A stretch of 58,728 nucleotides of DNA, from contig CAXXSM010000164.1 in NCBI GenBank assembly GCA_963663405.2, positions 1-58,728 on the forward strand. Reading direction: 5' to 3'. The notes under the pieces are model-generated. The model was not told where the DNA came from. It worked only from the letters and a program-made list of their open reading frames with translations, and ran no database searches. Positions 1-11,355 of the stretch are shown piece by piece. The stretch comes from a bacterium. GTDB taxonomy: Bacteria > Hinthialibacterota > Hinthialibacteria > Hinthialibacterales > Hinthialibacteraceae. Positions within the stretch are counted from its first letter, which is position 1; each line of letters starts with the position of its first letter. Position numbers and translations under genes: made by a program.

Positions 1-83
1 TTCAATCGTTCCGGATAGAGCGTGGAGGCGCCCATCGAGCCGATTTGATTCAGCTGCTCTTCGGTTTGTATTATTTCGTTCAT
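1..83 (-). CDS. 5' end of next operon gene, probably NuoF/HoxF-like NADH-binding subunit (cut by window edge)
   Basis: ATG at 83 overlaps the upstream stop (ATGA); reads MNEIIQTEEQLNQIGSMGASTLYPERL. Identity inferred only from position after a NuoE domain. Confidence 0.4.
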   Translation of the reverse strand, partial: MNEIIQTEEQLNQIGSMGASTLYPERL

Positions 84-982
84 TCAAACGCCTCCAAAAT
101 ACCCGCGATCTTATTCAACTTCACATGGCCGAATGTCACCCCATCAATCCGCATCGCTGGAGCCAGCGCGCAGCAGCCGATACACCGAACCGTCCGGAGA
201 GTAAACCGCAGATCTTCACTGGTTCCCCCGGCGGAAACGCCAAGTTCCTGCACCAACTGATCGAGTACAAGTCCTGATCCACGCACGAAACAAGCCGTCC
301 CCATGCAGATCTCAATCGTATGCCGCCCGACCGGCTCCAAATTGAACGCATTATAGAAACTCGCCACCCGCAGGATTTCAGCCAAAGGAATCCCCAGCTG
401 GAACGTTAAATATTCCAACATCGGACGGGGAAGATATCCCCGGTTATCATTAATATCCTGTAAAATCTGGATCAAAGGAGCCCGGTCGTCTTTATACCGC
501 GAAAGAACTCCTTCAAGCCATGCTTTATCATCTTCTTCAAGCAATTCGCTGGGAGCAAATGGCGCGACGGATTCAGGAACATACCGCACAGGGCAATTCT
601 GCCAGCATTCACCGCATCCCGTGCACTTTTCCGCATCCACTCCTCTTGGATTCTGCCGAACTTTTACGTCAAAATTCCCGGCTTCGCCTTTCAGTTCAAC
701 GATATCCGACATTGTTAAAAGGTCGATATTATAGTCGCGCATACATTCCACGAGTTTAGGAGAAATAATACATGTGGCGCAGTCGCCCGTCGGGAATGTT
801 TTATCCAACCGCGCCATGCCGCCGCCGACAGTCGGTTGTTCTTCCACTAAATAAACGCGGAATCCCGCGGCGGATAGATCCAAAGACGCTTGAATCCCGG
901 CGACACCCGCGCCGCAGACAAGCACCGCGCCGGAAGGTTCTTTGCCGTTCGATCCAGCGGTAACTGTTTGGTTTGCATTCAT
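80..982 (-). CDS. Fusion of HdrA N-terminal FAD/Fe-S segment and NuoE/HoxE-like [2Fe-2S] domain
   Basis: VLVCGAGVAG dinucleotide fold, HdrA signature LDKTFPTGDCATCI, ferredoxin CTGCGECWQNCP; then LIQILQDIN..GYLP, ASFY, CMGTAC and CIGCC as in NuoE. Confidence 0.85.
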   Translation of the reverse strand: MNANQTVTAGSNGKEPSGAVLVCGAGVAGIQASLDLSAAGFRVYLVEEQPTVGGGMARLDKTFPTGDCATCIISPKLVECMRDYNIDLLTMSDIVELKGEAGNFDVKVRQNPRGVDAEKCTGCGECWQNCPVRYVPESVAPFAPSELLEEDDKAWLEGVLSRYKDDRAPLIQILQDINDNRGYLPRPMLEYLTFQLGIPLAEILRVASFYNAFNLEPVGRHTIEICMGTACFVRGSGLVLDQLVQELGVSAGGTSEDLRFTLRTVRCIGCCALAPAMRIDGVTFGHVKLNKIAGILEAFE

Positions 983-1878
983 CGCGTACCTCCACTGCCT
1001 GCGGCGCTCTTCGCTGTATCCCGTTGTTCGAGAAGAGACGCCGCGCTGACGATCAAAGCGTCTAAACCAAGATCGTCTGGAGTGAGACCCAAGGCCAATC
1101 CAAGTAATTGTGTGATATACAAAACGGGCGTGTCAGGAATCTCCCCATAGGCTTTTTTCGCGTCCGATTGACGCAGATCCAGATTCGCCTGACAGAGTGG
1201 GCAAGCGACAGCCAAACAATCAGCGCCCGCCCGCCGCGCCATTGATAATAATTTATGACCCAGACGGCATACAATATCCGCGTTTGTGATCGAGAGCGCG
1301 GCCCCGCAGCATTCAGTTTTATACGGCCATTCCACTGGCGTTGCGCCTGCGGCGGAGAGAAGATCGTCCATGCAGGTTGGATGTTCCGGATCATCAAACG
1401 CGGCGATCTCCGGCGGACGGGAAAGCAGACAACCGTAATAACATGCCACCCGCAAACCCTCCAGCGCCCGCTGCGTCTTCGAACGAATCGCATCCAGGCC
1501 TAAATCATTCACAAGAACATCCAAGATATGACGGACGGGCGTCGTCCCTTCACAAGGTTTTCCAAGAATCGCCGACGCGCGGTCCCGTTCCGCTGGATCA
1601 TTCTTGACTTTGTAGTTCGCCGTCCGCAGACGGGCGTAACACGACGCGCAGGCTGTGAGAATATCCATTTTCATCGCCCGCGCTTTTTCGATATTCATCA
1701 TCGCCAAAGCCACGGCTAGCGACGTGTTGCTCGTATGGGCGGGAGTGGAGCCACAGCAAACCCAATCAGGAATCTCTTCCAGTTCAATTCCTAAAGCGCG
1801 GCAGATGGCGCGTGTGGATTTATCAAATTCCCAAGCGGTGGATTCCAGGCTGCAACCGGGATAGTAGGCGTATTTCAC
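979..1878 (-). CDS. hdrB: Heterodisulfide reductase subunit B-like (two CCG domains)
   Basis: YAYYPGCSL, WVCCG, ACASC, YYGCLLSRP, ECCG, ACPLCQANLD. Confidence 0.92.
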   Translation of the reverse strand: MKYAYYPGCSLESTAWEFDKSTRAICRALGIELEEIPDWVCCGSTPAHTSNTSLAVALAMMNIEKARAMKMDILTACASCYARLRTANYKVKNDPAERDRASAILGKPCEGTTPVRHILDVLVNDLGLDAIRSKTQRALEGLRVACYYGCLLSRPPEIAAFDDPEHPTCMDDLLSAAGATPVEWPYKTECCGAALSITNADIVCRLGHKLLSMARRAGADCLAVACPLCQANLDLRQSDAKKAYGEIPDTPVLYITQLLGLALGLTPDDLGLDALIVSAASLLEQRDTAKSAAGSGGTR

Positions 1879-2447
1879 CTTTTCTTCTCCTCCTCTTCCG
1901 CTTTACGGAACACATCCCGCACCTCGTTGACGCTCCCGCTTTTTGTTGGCAGCAGCGCCAGTTTTCGTTTCTTGAACATGGTAGGCGCTTTATCCATATC
2001 GGCGAATAACTGCCCGGATCGGACTTTATAAGCGGTCAGCATCCCCAATTCAAATACACGCCCATGCCGTTTCACACTGCCCAAGAACGACGAGCGGTTG
2101 AAAGGTTCACCCCGCGCGTCAGGTGAAACGGCTTTGCGCTCAACGGCCATGATTCGCAGCGTATCCATCACTCCCGCGATGTCGATTCCCATTGGACAGC
2201 GCGTCGTACAGGCTTCACATGAAGCGCACAACCAGATCGAAGGCGATTCCAATACCTTTTCTTCTTCTCCAAGATGAATCAACCGCATCACCTGGCTGGA
2301 TAATAACTCCATTTCCGGTCCCACCGGACAACCGGTCGAACATTTATGACATTGAAAACACGCGCTGACGGGGGTTCCGCTGCGGCGTTCGACTTCACGC
2401 AGAAACGTGGCGCCTTTCCATGCAAGCGATCCTTCCATATCAATCAC
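1875..2447 (-). CDS. hdrC: Heterodisulfide reductase subunit C-like (2x[4Fe-4S])
   Basis: CFQCHKCSTGCP and IWLCASCEACTTRCP; overlaps the hdrB start. Confidence 0.9.
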   Translation of the reverse strand: MIDMEGSLAWKGATFLREVERRSGTPVSACFQCHKCSTGCPVGPEMELLSSQVMRLIHLGEEEKVLESPSIWLCASCEACTTRCPMGIDIAGVMDTLRIMAVERKAVSPDARGEPFNRSSFLGSVKRHGRVFELGMLTAYKVRSGQLFADMDKAPTMFKKRKLALLPTKSGSVNEVRDVFRKAEEEEKKR

Positions 2448-5134
2448 CCATTCCTTCCAATTCCGCTTGAATTTCCTTATCCGTACTCGGCGCCACTTTT
2501 CGGTATACTTCTCGCGGTGTTTTTAGAACGCCGTCAACGGTCAGAAGATCGCGTTCGATCTGGATATCGAAGAGCCGTTCATTCTCACGTAGATAAGGCA
2601 AAAGCAGTTTCCAGTCTTCAGGCTTAAAAGCATAGAACGCTCCACCATTCAGCTGTTCTTCTACAAGTGTGCGATGAGGATCGCGCACATAAATCGCGCC
2701 CCCGGAAGCGAGCGAGAGAAGGTTGCTTCCAGGATAGGGCAGTACAAACGGAACCACGCGCCCATTTTCATCCAATTCAACACCGTTGACAATCGCGAAT
2801 CCCCCGCCATTGAGAGGATCCCCCGCCATGAACGATTCCGCCAGAAAGTCCAGCGCGGTTCCATTGATAATGGCTTTCAGAGAGCCGACCGCGTTGATCA
2901 TCGGCCGACCGGCGGCGTTGCCCAGCACGTAAATCTCACCCCCCTTAGCGCCGTAAAGAAACGTCTGTCCGACATCACCATAAACGACGAGTTTGCCTTT
3001 CTTCGTAATCTGACCGAGCTGATCTTGGGCGTTGCAATGCACATAGACTTCCAGCCCATCCATTCCCGAACCAAGATAGTCCCCCGGATTGTCGTAACAA
3101 TCGACTCGCAGCCCTTCCGTCGATGGGCCGAATCCCGCCGCATGGAAACGGGTTCCACGCGAGTTATAATGAATCAGATGTTTCCACCCTACGTTATACG
3201 CCTCAATCGCAAGCCTCGCGTCGCAATTTGCGCCTTCCGGTGAAAAGCCACGCGCGTCAATGAGAAGAGTTTTTTTCATTCCCTTCCGGGCCTCGCAGCC
3301 GGTCACGAGTATCCCACGTGATCCGCCGGTGAGTCGAGTCTCCATTATTCCCCGTCTCATGACAAAGATGTTGCCGTTCAAAAAGAGTTTCTAGACCATT
3401 CCGCAGTATGGAATAAATAGAACTGCGTTTCTTATCTCCAGTGGGATACCGCCGATCCATACATAACGTTAGCGCCTCAATCCCAAAAGATGGTTTTTTC
3501 TTCGCGGTCTGGTCTACTAATTCATCAACAAACCAGCGCAGACGGTCGTAATCCATCTCGACGATCAAATCACGGAAATAAGTGTATAAACCAACGGGAT
3601 CATTTTCCTTGATAGCCCGTTCAATTTTCGCTTTATCTTCTTCATTCTTAGCTGACACGGTGGGGGCAGACGAAAGATCGCAGTGCGTTTGTCCAGGCGC
3701 CGTAGTCACCGATTCCCCAAATTTATTCGTTACACGCATTTCATACTGCCCGTTCGTCCCATCACCATTCTTTGGAGTAATGTGGAACAAGAACGCGCCG
3801 CCATTCGTATAACTCCCACCTCGCGCGTTCCAGTATTGATCCGCCACAGGAGTGAATCGGGAATCCTCTTTCGCCAGACTGGCCAAGGTCGCGTCGATCG
3901 CCTGCTTCTCCGAGCAGATCAAACCTATCGACACTTCCCCTTCCTGCAAAGCGAAAACCTGTGGACGAAGCATCGCGGTATCGGTGATCCCCACAAGTTG
4001 GAATCCTTTCGCGGGATCGAGGCTGCGGGCAATAATGAAGAACCACGGTCCATCAGGAGACGCGTGAATGTGCGACGCTTGAATATGCCGGTAGATACGC
4101 CGCTTATCGGCGGGTAAACGATCGAAATCGAGTTCCGTTGTTGGCGCCAGCGCTTCAATTATATATTCCGTTGGATAGCCATACGTCCGGTTAAAGAGAT
4201 CGAAAAGCAGAACAGACACTTCCGTATCCGTCAGAAATTGCGGAAATAGATTATGCTGCGCCAAGTATTCACTGACAGAATGATAATTCGCGAAATCGCC
4301 GTTATGAACGAGCGCTTCGTTCATGCCGATAAAGGGATGCGCGCCACCTGGGTGCCATACCCGCCCGCGGGTCGGATAGCGCTGATGGGCGATCCATACA
4401 TGAGCGCGCATATCCGGCATGCGATAGTATTGCACAGCCGCTTCCGCATATCCCACAATTTTTATAATCAACAGATTCCGCGCGTGGGATAACACAAACG
4501 CCCGCTTTTCCCCCAGCGAAGCGTAGTATTGTTGATTCAACTGAAAGGAATTCTGGAAGACGAACTCGTCTTCAATCTCCCGGTCCGAAAGATTCTTAAG
4601 ACCTTTCTCTTCCGCGAAACGTTCGAGAGCCTCTGGCTTGGCCTTTACAAAATAACGGGCCACGTCAGGCGGTTGAATGTCGAGAAGTGGAATATCACGG
4701 TAGTCATCGACAGTCGGGATCATTCCGCCCTGATCCACGTTAAAGAAAGGCTCAATGCAGTTTTTCTCCACCTCGCCACGGGCGTTCGGATCGAGCAACG
4801 CGATCTGTAGAATGTAATCTTCATCAAGAACGCTTCGAGACACACCCATGTCTTCCGGAACCAGTCCGCAGGCGGCGATTCCGCCCCCTTTTCCATTCCC
4901 CCGGTTGCGCATCTGGATGGAAGGTTCGTAAATATGACGTCCACCCACTGGTATAGAGCAGGCGAAACCGGTTACGCCGCAGCCGCCTTCCGCTTCCGGT
5001 GAAGAAGGGAACCATTCTCTTCCTGGTTCCGGCCGGAAATGTGTTCTTGCTTCCTCATATATCTCGGCCCGGCTGTGAGGTGAGACCCGCCGGGAAGATT
5101 GGATATTGGATGGTGTATATAAGTTCCTAGTCAT
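2440..5134 (-). CDS. Glutamate synthase glutamine-amidotransferase (Ntn) domain plus C-terminal GXGXG domain; one frameshift near 3260-3380
   Basis: EAEGG-CGV N-terminal nucleophile context, HQRYPT, AHPF, VHNGDFANY, TDTE, DGPW, LRP in 3257..5134; PGDYLGSGMDG, GDVGQTFLYGAKGG, GNAAGR, LASGGAIYVRD in 2440..3381. Confidence 0.8.
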
Positions 5135-6698
5135 GGCGTTGGTTTGCCCTCATAATCAAGATGAGTCAATACATCGGTTCGGCCGCGCAGGGACGCCCAC
5201 GGAATCAATCCCTAACTGATAGAGAATATCGATCAATCTCTCACGCCAGGCGTTGTAAAGGTTTACCAGCCGCTGTGTACACCATTCGATTGTGACCATT
5301 TCCAATAGTTCTGTGTCGGTCGTACAGATCCCCCTTGCGCAGCCCCGCCCGCTCTCGCAGCAACCACAGCGGATACAGCCCAGCGCGACTAATTCGGCGG
5401 TGCCGATCACGACACCGTCCGCCCCCAAAGCGATCGCTTTGGCGACGTCGTATGGACTTCGGATGCCGCCGCTGACGATCAATGTAATCTCGTCCCGCAC
5501 GCCTTCATTGACGAGAAATTGATGCACCATATTGATCGCGTACTCAATCGGCATGGCGATATTTTTCTTTGCGATATTGGGAGCCGCTCCCGTTCCTCCA
5601 TAACTGCCGTCCAGATGCACAATATGCGCCCCGGCGCAGTACACCCCCACAGCGACCATATCCACATCCGCCGGTGTAGATACCTTCGCGGAGAGCAGCG
5701 CCTGCGGGTTGATATGCGCGATCCAATCGAGGTGCTTTTTATGATCCTCAATTGAATAGACGCTGTGAAATGGAAACGGAGAAAACAGAGATGAGCCGAC
5801 AACCGCCTCGCGCATCGCGGCCACTTCCGGTGTATTCTTATCCCCCAAAAGGTGCCCACCGAGTCCCGGTTTTGCGCCCTGGGCGTATTTAAATTCCACA
5901 ATCCGCGCGCGTTTAATCGTCTCTTCCCGCACGCCAAAAAGCCCTGTCGCGACTTGCGTGATCATATGATCCGCATAGGGAATCATCCGGTCGGGATAGC
6001 CCCCTTCACCCGTGCAACTGAAGGAATTCCATGCCTTCGCCACTCGCGCCTTGCTTAAGAGCGCCCGCAAGTTGGTCGATCCGAACGACATCCCCCCACC
6101 ATACCACGGCACATCGATTTCAACTTTTGGACGGTTATCTTTACTTCGATTAAGAAGCAGTTTTGTGGATATATCTTCACGGCGCAGATCGGATGGAGGC
6201 GCCGGAAGAGTTCGGAACCGAAGACGGTCGAATCCTCCGCCGGACGCGCCGATTTCGCTTTCAAGATAGGAGGGAGGCGCATGACCCGTCTCAGCCATCA
6301 TCCATGTCGACGCCAAAAGATCCGGCGTCCACCGGTAATCCCCCATCGTCTCAAAGGCGGGATTGAGGGTGACCGAGAGCGCGTTCTGTGGACAGGCGTT
6401 CACACAGTAATGATCCGTCTCCGCGCATTCGAATCCCAACGCACCGGTAATCAAATGGCCGGATTAACCGTTTATATCCACTTGGTCGGATATGAACATC
6501 ATGCGGACAGATCTCAACGCATTTCCCGCAATTTACGCAAAACGACGCCCGGTGCACACTGAATTTCCCGATCTCATTGCGGTAGCGCGGCAGCGCGGGA
6601 TGGATCTCCCGCGATACGTCCGCATAGGCGGGATGCGACAAAAAATCCTCACTCTTTTGAGAAACCGCTTCTGGACTGAGGACGGAAGGACTGCTCAT
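5131..6698 (-). CDS. Ferredoxin-containing glutamate synthase FMN-binding subunit (archaeal GltB2-type); frameshifted near 6440 and 5195
   Basis: CVNCGKCVEICP, CVNACP, GGMSFGS, CTGEGG, QVATGLFGV, EFKYAQGAKPGLGGHL, DGSYGGTGAAP, SGGIR, KAIALGAD, CIRCGCCESGRGCARGI. Alternative frame LRGRTDVLTHLDYEGKPTP* ends overlapping the next ATG. Confidence 0.85.
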
Positions 6699-6700
6699 GA

Positions 6701-8108
6701 TCAGATAACTCCGTTTTGATCTTTTCGTTTTCCAAAGAGCCGGCCGAACGTCTCCCGTTCGAGATCTTCGAAGAACATACAGCGGCCCGTCTCACCCCGC
6801 AGCCGCCGGACTTCCCGGATTCCCATCGCGCCTAGCAGCTCGATCAATTGATTGCGCCAGGCGCCGATAAGATTCACGATGCGCTGGACGGCGTAATCCA
6901 TCTCCGCGCCTTCCAGATCGATTGGACACAGTTCATCTCGCTCGCATTCCAGGCACAGCCTGCATTCCAGCGCCAATACAAGAGGCGCGTCAACGGCGAT
7001 CAAATCCGCCCCGCAAATAATCGCTTTCGCCATATGTTCGGGCAACGCGATCCCTCCCGACGCGATCAGTGTAATTTGATCCCGCGTCCCGTCTTTTAAC
7101 AAAGCGGTATGGATTTCTCGCAATACGTCTCGCGCATGACGTGGCTTTGACGGAGCGGTTTCCCGCCCATGCAAATCAAAAACGAGATGAATCACCTCGA
7201 TCTCATCCCGGTTTAATTCAAGAACGCGTGACGTAGTTTCCGGTGTAACATCTATTCGAACCGCGATGATCTGCCCTGGATTATCCGCTTTCAAACGGTC
7301 CCGGACCGCGATGATATTTTCACAATCTGGAACCATCACCAATGGCGTAGAAGAGAATGATTGCTGCAAGGCTTCATCCCCATCCGCATAGAGAGGGACA
7401 ATGCCGTTCGATTCTTCAAATAAGGATTGATGACTGGTCTGCGTGGGAAGCACAGCCAGCGCTCCAATTTTCTCCGCCGCTTTCACCGCCGCTTCAACCA
7501 TCGGGCCCCGCTGCCAATGCTCCGGTAGAATATCGAAAATCAGAGGTAATGGACTCTCGATCAATGGGGGCGGCGTAACACGCAACGCTCCATCCTGAAA
7601 CGAGAGATGGGGCAATGTCCGGCCGATATCCACGCTGGTGTTGATATACTCGCGTCCATGAATGCCATCCCGTGTCGGGCGTACGATTTCGGACATATCC
7701 GTCCACATCGAATCAAAACCGGGGCCGCTGAATGGGCCGCCGTACCCCCGAACCCGATACGGGGATCCGTCCCGTCTCCGCTTGAAACCAAGTGGATAGA
7801 ACGATCTCCGGCGTATAATATTCGTCACCGAGACGGCTGTATTCAGGATTTTCCACCCGTGTGAGAATGCCTTTCGTGCAATTTTGTACGCAGTTCAGAC
7901 ACCCTTTGCATTGGAAGATATAATCCAGAAAACCGATCTCTTCCCGCAACGTATCCGCTTCTTCCCGGTAGAAACCATAGACACAGCCCTGCTTGACGCA
8001 ATTATGGCAATTGGAACAATCCTCCCGCCAGTCGACGATCCCCAATTTCCCTATGGGCCGTAGACGGGGAGGGGCGGATTTCGTATGAATGCTATATTTA
8101 GCTGGCAT
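6701..8108 (-). CDS. Second, divergent glutamate-synthase FMN-domain paralog with N-terminal ferredoxin; frameshift near 7740-7760
   Basis: CSNCHNCVKQGC, CKGCLNCVQNC, GFDSMWTDMSEIVRP, RDQITLIASGGI, KAIICGAD, CRLCLEC..CP, ELLGAMGIREVRRLRG; lacks the QGAKPGxGG motif. Confidence 0.75.
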
Positions 8109-8111
8109 GAT

Positions 8112-9028
8112 TTAATCGGTTCTCAGTCCAGATTTGTCGATCAATTCCAACACAGCGCCGTCATCATCGGCGCTGCAGATTTCAAAACCACGTAATCCGT
8201 CGAACGATGAAAGCCGCTCGATCGTTTCTTTCGCGATCGCGATCCCTTCCGCCCGCTGTTCCTCCACGCTGGATTTCGATCCAAGCCGGTCGAGCAGCGC
8301 CTGTGGAACCAGGGGCTGAGGACGTTCGCGCGCATAGGCCTTCGCTTCTTCTCCATTCGTCAATATGCGAATCCCCGCCAAAATAGCGGCGCGTTCATGA
8401 ATCCCGCTTCGCGTCAATTCGTTCCACCATTCTCCAAAACGATCCAGGTTGTAAACCGGCTGCGTGATCAAAAACCGCGCCCCGGCTTCGCATTTTTTTC
8501 CCAACCGCATGATCTGTAATTCAAGCGGGTCCGCAAACGGAGCCGCCACACCACCGAAACAGAATGTAGTTCCGTTTAATCTAATCTCTTCCACAACCGG
8601 TTCCCCGGCCGCAAGGCGGGTTCCGGGACTGGATCAATTGAATCGAATCGATATCGAACACACTCTTTGCGTTGTGGAATCGCCCGAGAGTCTGGTGCGT
8701 GCCCGTTGTGCAGAGGATGTTATGAATCCCTAATGCCCCCGCTCCAAGGCAATCGGAAAGCAGCGCGATCCGGTTTCGGTCACGAGTCACCATATGAAGG
8801 ATGGGTTCCACCCCTTCCGCAACAGTCAGCGCCGCCGCCGCCAAGGCCGACATACGCGTCCCTTCGCGGTTGTCACTGATCCCCAACGCATGTTACCTTC
8901 CCAGCGTATTGTTTCACGCGAGATCTCACCAGGTCGGGATCGCATGAGGAAGGAGGCGCGATTTCCACCGTCAATATCGGTTTTCCCGAATCAATTCGTT
9001 GATGAAGCGCTGTTTTCTCTGTTGACAT
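8112..9028 (-). CDS. metF: Methylenetetrahydrofolate reductase; at least two frameshifts
   Basis: ATG at 9028 (MSTEKTALHQRIDSGKPILTVEIAPP), then ISDN, EPILHMVTRDRNRIALLSD, GIHNILCTTG, KKCEAGARFLITQPVY across successive frames. Confidence 0.8.
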
Positions 9029-9122
9029 TGTATTTACAATCCTGGATAAATTTTCATTCTGCGAACGGCGATATTTGTTATTTATATTTTGAGCAAATTA
9101 ACGGATCATGCCTATCCATGAT

Positions 9123-9544
9123 TCAAATCGCAGACCGAATTGGATTGGCGCCCAATGCGGAAAACCGGCCCGCCGCCTCTTGAATTGCTTGCATGAGTTC
9201 ATCGGCCGTCACGTCCGGGGAACTGTGCATAAGTTCGATTCGCTTGGATTCCAGCCCAATCTCCGACAACAACCGCTGTACGGTCTTGATACGAATCTCC
9301 GCCCGGTAATTCCCCTGTCCCAAACGGCATTCCCCACGGGAACACGCGATGACGAATATCCCATCGCTGCCCCCCTTCCAATGCGTGAAAGAGATATTGC
9401 GTGTCGATTTTTCCACTGCACGGCACATGCTGAATCTGTATCCGCGCGCCATTCTCCATCCATTGACGGGGGTAAATGTCCGCCGGCGGGGATACAGTTA
9501 TGGCAGATATAGACAATCACATCCGCGGATGGGGATTTTTTCAT
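9123..9544 (-). CDS. mvhD: MvhD/FlpD [2Fe-2S] subunit; two frameshifts at G/C homopolymers
   Basis: VYICHNC, VPCSGKID..LFHALEGG, DGIFVIAC..GEC..GNYRA, LLSEIGLE..RI assembled from three overlapping ORFs. Confidence 0.85.
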
Positions 9545-9663
9545 CGTTTATGTCCTTACAGGTTCGGTAGGAATCAAAGTCGAATGTACGAATACGGCGG
9601 CGGAGACAATCCACTCTGCATTACTCGAATCTCATTTGTGTTCCTGAATCCTTAGGTTTTCCT

Positions 9664-9761
9664 TAGAAAAATAGGGTGGATCTCGCATGATTGATCCACT
9701 GGGAATGATTCATGGGTTCGATGGATCATCTAGAGGCGATCCATTGAAACTTATTTTTCTA
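9664..9761. promoter_or_regulatory. Two TGGATC-N10-GATCCA palindromes inside an outer TAGAAAAATA/TATTTTTCTA inverted repeat, upstream of mvhD
   Basis: GTGGATC(9676)-10 nt-GATCCAC(9699) and ATGGATC(9721)-10 nt-GATCCAT(9744). Confidence 0.45.
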
Positions 9762-10248
9762 TAAATCGAGTTAAAATTTCATCTATTTTTAAAGAATTTA
9801 TCGATTTAATATGGAAATGTATGGCCAATATTATCAGAATTTGGATGCTTAGTCAATGCTTGGAAACAATTTTGTCCGGGAAATAAATCGATCCACGGAA
9901 CTTGACGGTATTCGATAATATCCGAATCCAATCCTAACCAGCGGTGATTCGGTCTTACCAAATACAAGCAAAAAAAAGATACAATCTGGTTTATCCAGAA
10001 AGTGCCCGCATAAAGAGAGGAGTAAACAAAAATGTCATTTCTTCAAATTCTCAAAGTGAAAACTGGACGAATCTTTCTATCTCGCAGGGATATTTATATA
10101 GTCAGGGATTTTAATATAGGGCGCCTAAATCGTTTCACAATCTCCCGTTGAAAAGTGAATGGACTATACACAAAAGCGTACTCACTTTCCGGGTAAAACG
10201 ACCATATTTAAATGGCGCCATTGCCATTATATGAAAATGAAAAAATAA

Positions 10249-11011
10249 CTAATCTTTGTTGGCGAGTATAAATATGAGGGCTTTTAATCTGCTAACCAAT
10301 ACCAAAACCGGAATATTTAAGTCTCTTTCCCTGGACGAATGGCGCTGCCTAGATAATCCCTTTGGAGCTGCTCGATACAAAGGACCAACGACACACGCGC
10401 AAATTTCCTTCGCTTGCGGGTAACAATCACGGCAGCAGTAATTTACCGCCCGGCAGTGATCCACGATCGATCGGTCTTGGTCGTCCACTCCATTGGTGAT
10501 TTCCATCATATCCTTAGCGCGTTGACATAATTTTATCCCGTCGCTGTGCCGGTCTTGCGCGCAGAGCAACATCGCCAAGTGATGAAGACTGAAATGCTGC
10601 AACTTCGAATTCACTTCAGGCCACCGCAGATAATGCGCTTTTTCCTCAATATCCAAAGCGTGATGATACGCGCGTTTCGCTTCGTCGATTTTGCCCCCAG
10701 GCTTGATATAGCAAACCGAGTTGGTTCAAACTCCGGGCGGCCGCCAATGAATTGGGCGCCAAAAGGTTTCTCTCTATACCCAGCGCGTTTTTAAAACACT
10801 GTTCGGATTGAGAAAAACTTTCCAACGCAAAATAGTAAACCGCCAGCATCTTATATAACTTCGCCGTGTACGCGTTTGGATAGGAATAACTCTCTGCTTC
10901 TTTTAAAGCCGCTTGAAAACAGGTTTCGGCTTCATGAAAATCTTGATTTGAAAATTTTTGCACCCCAGCTTTTTGCTGCCGCATCATAGCTGAATAACTC
11001 ATCACATTCAC
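10249..11011 (-). pseudogene. Tetratricopeptide-repeat protein, frameshifted or degenerate
   Basis: AETCFQAAL, SEQCFKNALGIERNLL..AARSLNQLGLLY, SLHHLAMLL helical repeats across ORFs 10646..11011 and 10249..10656. Confidence 0.55.
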
Positions 11012-11206
11012 TCCCCGGTCTATATGTCATATTCGTTCATATCGAAACGATTCGATTCACCTAATATATTAAGGCGCCAAAATCCATAAAAATCTAGTCA
11101 AAAATTAATATTTTTGGTTCATCCGGAAATTGGGTTAAAACTTCAAAAAAAGAGTGGACAGGCTTACCCCTCCTAACTGGATAAAGTTAGAAAAAGGAGA
11201 GCAAGC

Positions 11207-11276
11207 ATGTCCACGAGTTTATTATATCGTATATTCGGAATCCGAGGTTACAAATATAAGAGGACCGATTATCTGA
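11207..11276 (+). pseudogene. N-terminal stub of an ISL3-type transposase
   Basis: AGGAG RBS then MSTSLLYRIFGIRGYKYKRTDYL, resembling ISL3 N-termini; cut at 11277. Confidence 0.5.
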
Positions 11277-11330
11277 TGTCAATAGCCGAGTAGGTTTGAC
11301 CCACTTGGAGTCGGTTTGATGTGACCCCCC
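11277..11330. mobile_element. Isolated IS21-like terminal repeat
   Basis: Begins TGTCAA and contains tandem GGTTTGA and TGACCCAC/TGACCCCC sub-repeats; no istA/istB in the window. Confidence 0.45.
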
Positions 11331-11355
11331 GTGTTGATTCGGAGCCGTTGTTCTT

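Noticed and set aside
80-9544. Selenocysteine recoding or programmed frameshifts in hdrA/mvhD/metF
   Set aside because: Relevant positions are ordinary Cys, and the breaks are scattered indels rather than in-frame TGA.
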